Positions 32,682 to 33,780 of a stretch of DNA of 33,780 nt are shown one piece after another. Position numbers and translations under genes: made by a program. The notes beneath the pieces were generated by a model. The model had not been told where the DNA came from. It saw only the letters and a list, made by a program, of their open reading frames with translations, and ran no database searches. This stretch comes from a virus. Lineage: Duplodnaviria > Caudoviricetes. Every line of letters starts with the position of its first letter. Position 1 is the stretch's first letter. The stretch covers positions 1 through 33,780 of IMG/VR virus record IMGVR_UViG_3300039068_000052; one strand, written 5' to 3'.

Positions 32682-32933
32682 ATGACTGACCAAGAACGGA
32701 TTGCACGGCTGGAGCGGGAAGTTGAAAGCCAGCTCGGCATCATTGCGGGATTGACCAGTGTCGTCACTGCGCTGGTCAGGTCTCACCAGGACGCCGACCG
32801 TTTAAAGGGCGAGGCGACCAAGGCAATCGAGCTTATGGACGTGGGCTCGATTGGAAAGACCATGACCGAAAAGCAGCGGCGAATTGCTAGGGAGTTTGCT
32901 GAGCAGGCCCTTCGGACGGACCCGACCCGTTAG
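32682..32933 (+). CDS. Hypothetical protein
   Basis: GGAGGGG RBS; 83 aa helical. Confidence 0.6.
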   Translation: MTDQERIARLEREVESQLGIIAGLTSVVTALVRSHQDADRLKGEATKAIELMDVGSIGKTMTEKQRRIAREFAEQALRTDPTR

Positions 32934-33090
32934 ACCTGGCGTCCAGCCGATCGCCAAAATCCGGCAACGCGGCGACGAAGGCTTCGGCTCGGCTTTCGAA
33001 GTTTGCAAAGTCATGACGGTCCGGCGGCTTAACATCAGATCTCCGAGCGCGCTCCAGTTGCTCTTTTACCCGCCGCTTAAAACCAAACAT
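32887..33090 (-). CDS. Hypothetical 67-aa protein downstream of a long structured RNA
   Basis: Strong AGGAGG RBS; 3' end overlaps the convergent gene by 47 nt. Confidence 0.45.
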   Translation of the reverse strand: MFGFKRRVKEQLERARRSDVKPPDRHDFANFESRAEAFVAALPDFGDRLDARSNGSGPSEGPAQQTP

Positions 33091-33094
33091 CTCG

Positions 33095-33430
33095 ACCTCC
33101 TGTTTATCCTCTGTCTGAGGATCTGGGTTGTTTCTCTAGCTTCTGACCATTGGTGAAGCTGAGGTTTCGGGCATAGGACCACTCCCGAGCGGCCCGGGCC
33201 TAACTCGGGGCGGTCCTACTCGGGGCTTTCTGACCACTGGAGCCAGCTTCGGCCTGCGAGCCCTTGCCTGCCGATGCGGCGACAAGGTTGGGGGCTGCGT
33301 TCAGCGCTGCATCGCACTGGCGACCGGGGCTCCCCCTTTCGGACTCCCCTTTGGCTTTGGCCGCATCCAACAGTAGCCATGTCCCCCGCGCCGCTGCCGT
33401 TATCCAACCAGGCCATCAGGGTAAGCGGCG
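33095..33430 (-). ncRNA. Candidate large structured RNA (about 330 nt)
   Basis: No credible ORF; at least six stems including a GAAA tetraloop on the minus strand; see findings. Confidence 0.5.
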
Positions 33431-33479
33431 ATATAGAGAAGATTGATTGAAGACGCATTTGACATAGGGTAGAACCTAT

Positions 33480-33580
33480 ATCGTTGTTTCTTCACAACCG
33501 GGCTCGGTCTCGCCGCGAAACGATAGAGCCTGTTAGGCCGCCGTTCTGATCCTCCTGGGGTTGGTCGGCGGCCTTTTTCG
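33480..33580 (+). ncRNA. Candidate ~100-nt sRNA ending in an intrinsic terminator that carries CCTCCT
   Basis: TTGACA at 33459 and TTGAAG-N17-TAGAAC upstream; GGCTC...GAGCC stem; AGGCCGCCG...CGGCGGCCT-TTTT terminator. Confidence 0.45.
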
Positions 33581-33608
33581 TTCTCCCCCTACATGCCCGA
33601 TTTCGTTT

Positions 33609-33660
33609 GTTGCGCCAAGCACAACTTTTCTGTTGCGGCCCGCGTTGTACCTGATACAAC
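33609..33660. promoter_or_regulatory. OL-like operators and pL-like promoter
   Basis: GTTGCGCCAAGCACAAC (33609-33625) and GTTGTACCTGATACAAC (33644-33660) match the OR sites; TTGCGG-N16-TACAAC faces right. Confidence 0.75.
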
Positions 33661-33685
33661 AGTTACATCGAACGGGAGACGCCAC

Positions 33686-33780
33686 ATGGCCTCGCAAGAA
33701 CAACTCGCCGCCGCCCTCGCGAACCTGGACAGCGCGTTTGCTGGCCGCGCGATCACGGCGCCGAAGGCTTACGCCGCGCA
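33686..33780 (+). CDS. First gene of the pL-type early operon, 5' part only
   Basis: GGGAG RBS then MASQEQLAAALANLDSAFAGRAITAPKAYAA..., open to the window end. Confidence 0.6.
   Translation, partial: MASQEQLAAALANLDSAFAGRAITAPKAYAA

Noticed and set aside
33216-33458. 80-aa (-) and 60-aa (+) ORFs over the structured region
   Set aside because: No RBS, atypical composition; dense pairing is better explained as RNA structure, though translation is not excluded
33455-33495. Alphaproteobacterial LexA box (GTTC-N7-GTTC) near GAAC
   Set aside because: Only one half-site; the second half does not match
1-33780. Integrase, att sites or host genes defining prophage boundaries
   Set aside because: None seen; both window ends fall inside phage genes, so prophage vs free phage cannot be decided

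Overview
About 34 kb of a lambdoid-organised temperate siphophage or prophage, most likely of a Caulobacteraceae host (it encodes a GapR/DUF2312 protein closely resembling the Caulobacter one and a GcrA-type HTH protein). Nearly all genes lie on the minus strand. Read from right to left: immunity region (XRE repressor, cro, 17-bp GTTG-N9-CAAC operators), early/replication region (CII-like, GapR, GcrA-like, RusA, N6/N4 methyltransferase, two stand-alone DnaA domain IV proteins, initiator-like protein, late-regulator-position gene), packaging and head genes (terminase, DUF4055 portal, minor head, scaffold, P22-type coat, with an antisense HNH endonuclease inserted), neck and tail genes (including a -1 frameshifted G/GT chaperone, tape measure, short tail tip), a candidate head-spike/depolymerase module, and a lysis cassette containing a metallophosphoesterase. 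No integrase or att site is in the window. The least explained features are several long, densely base-paired non-coding segments (33095-33580, 23330-23740, 30535-30695, 63-187) and GGA-loop hairpins before the scaffold and coat genes. All family calls come from motif recognition and gene order; no searches were run.
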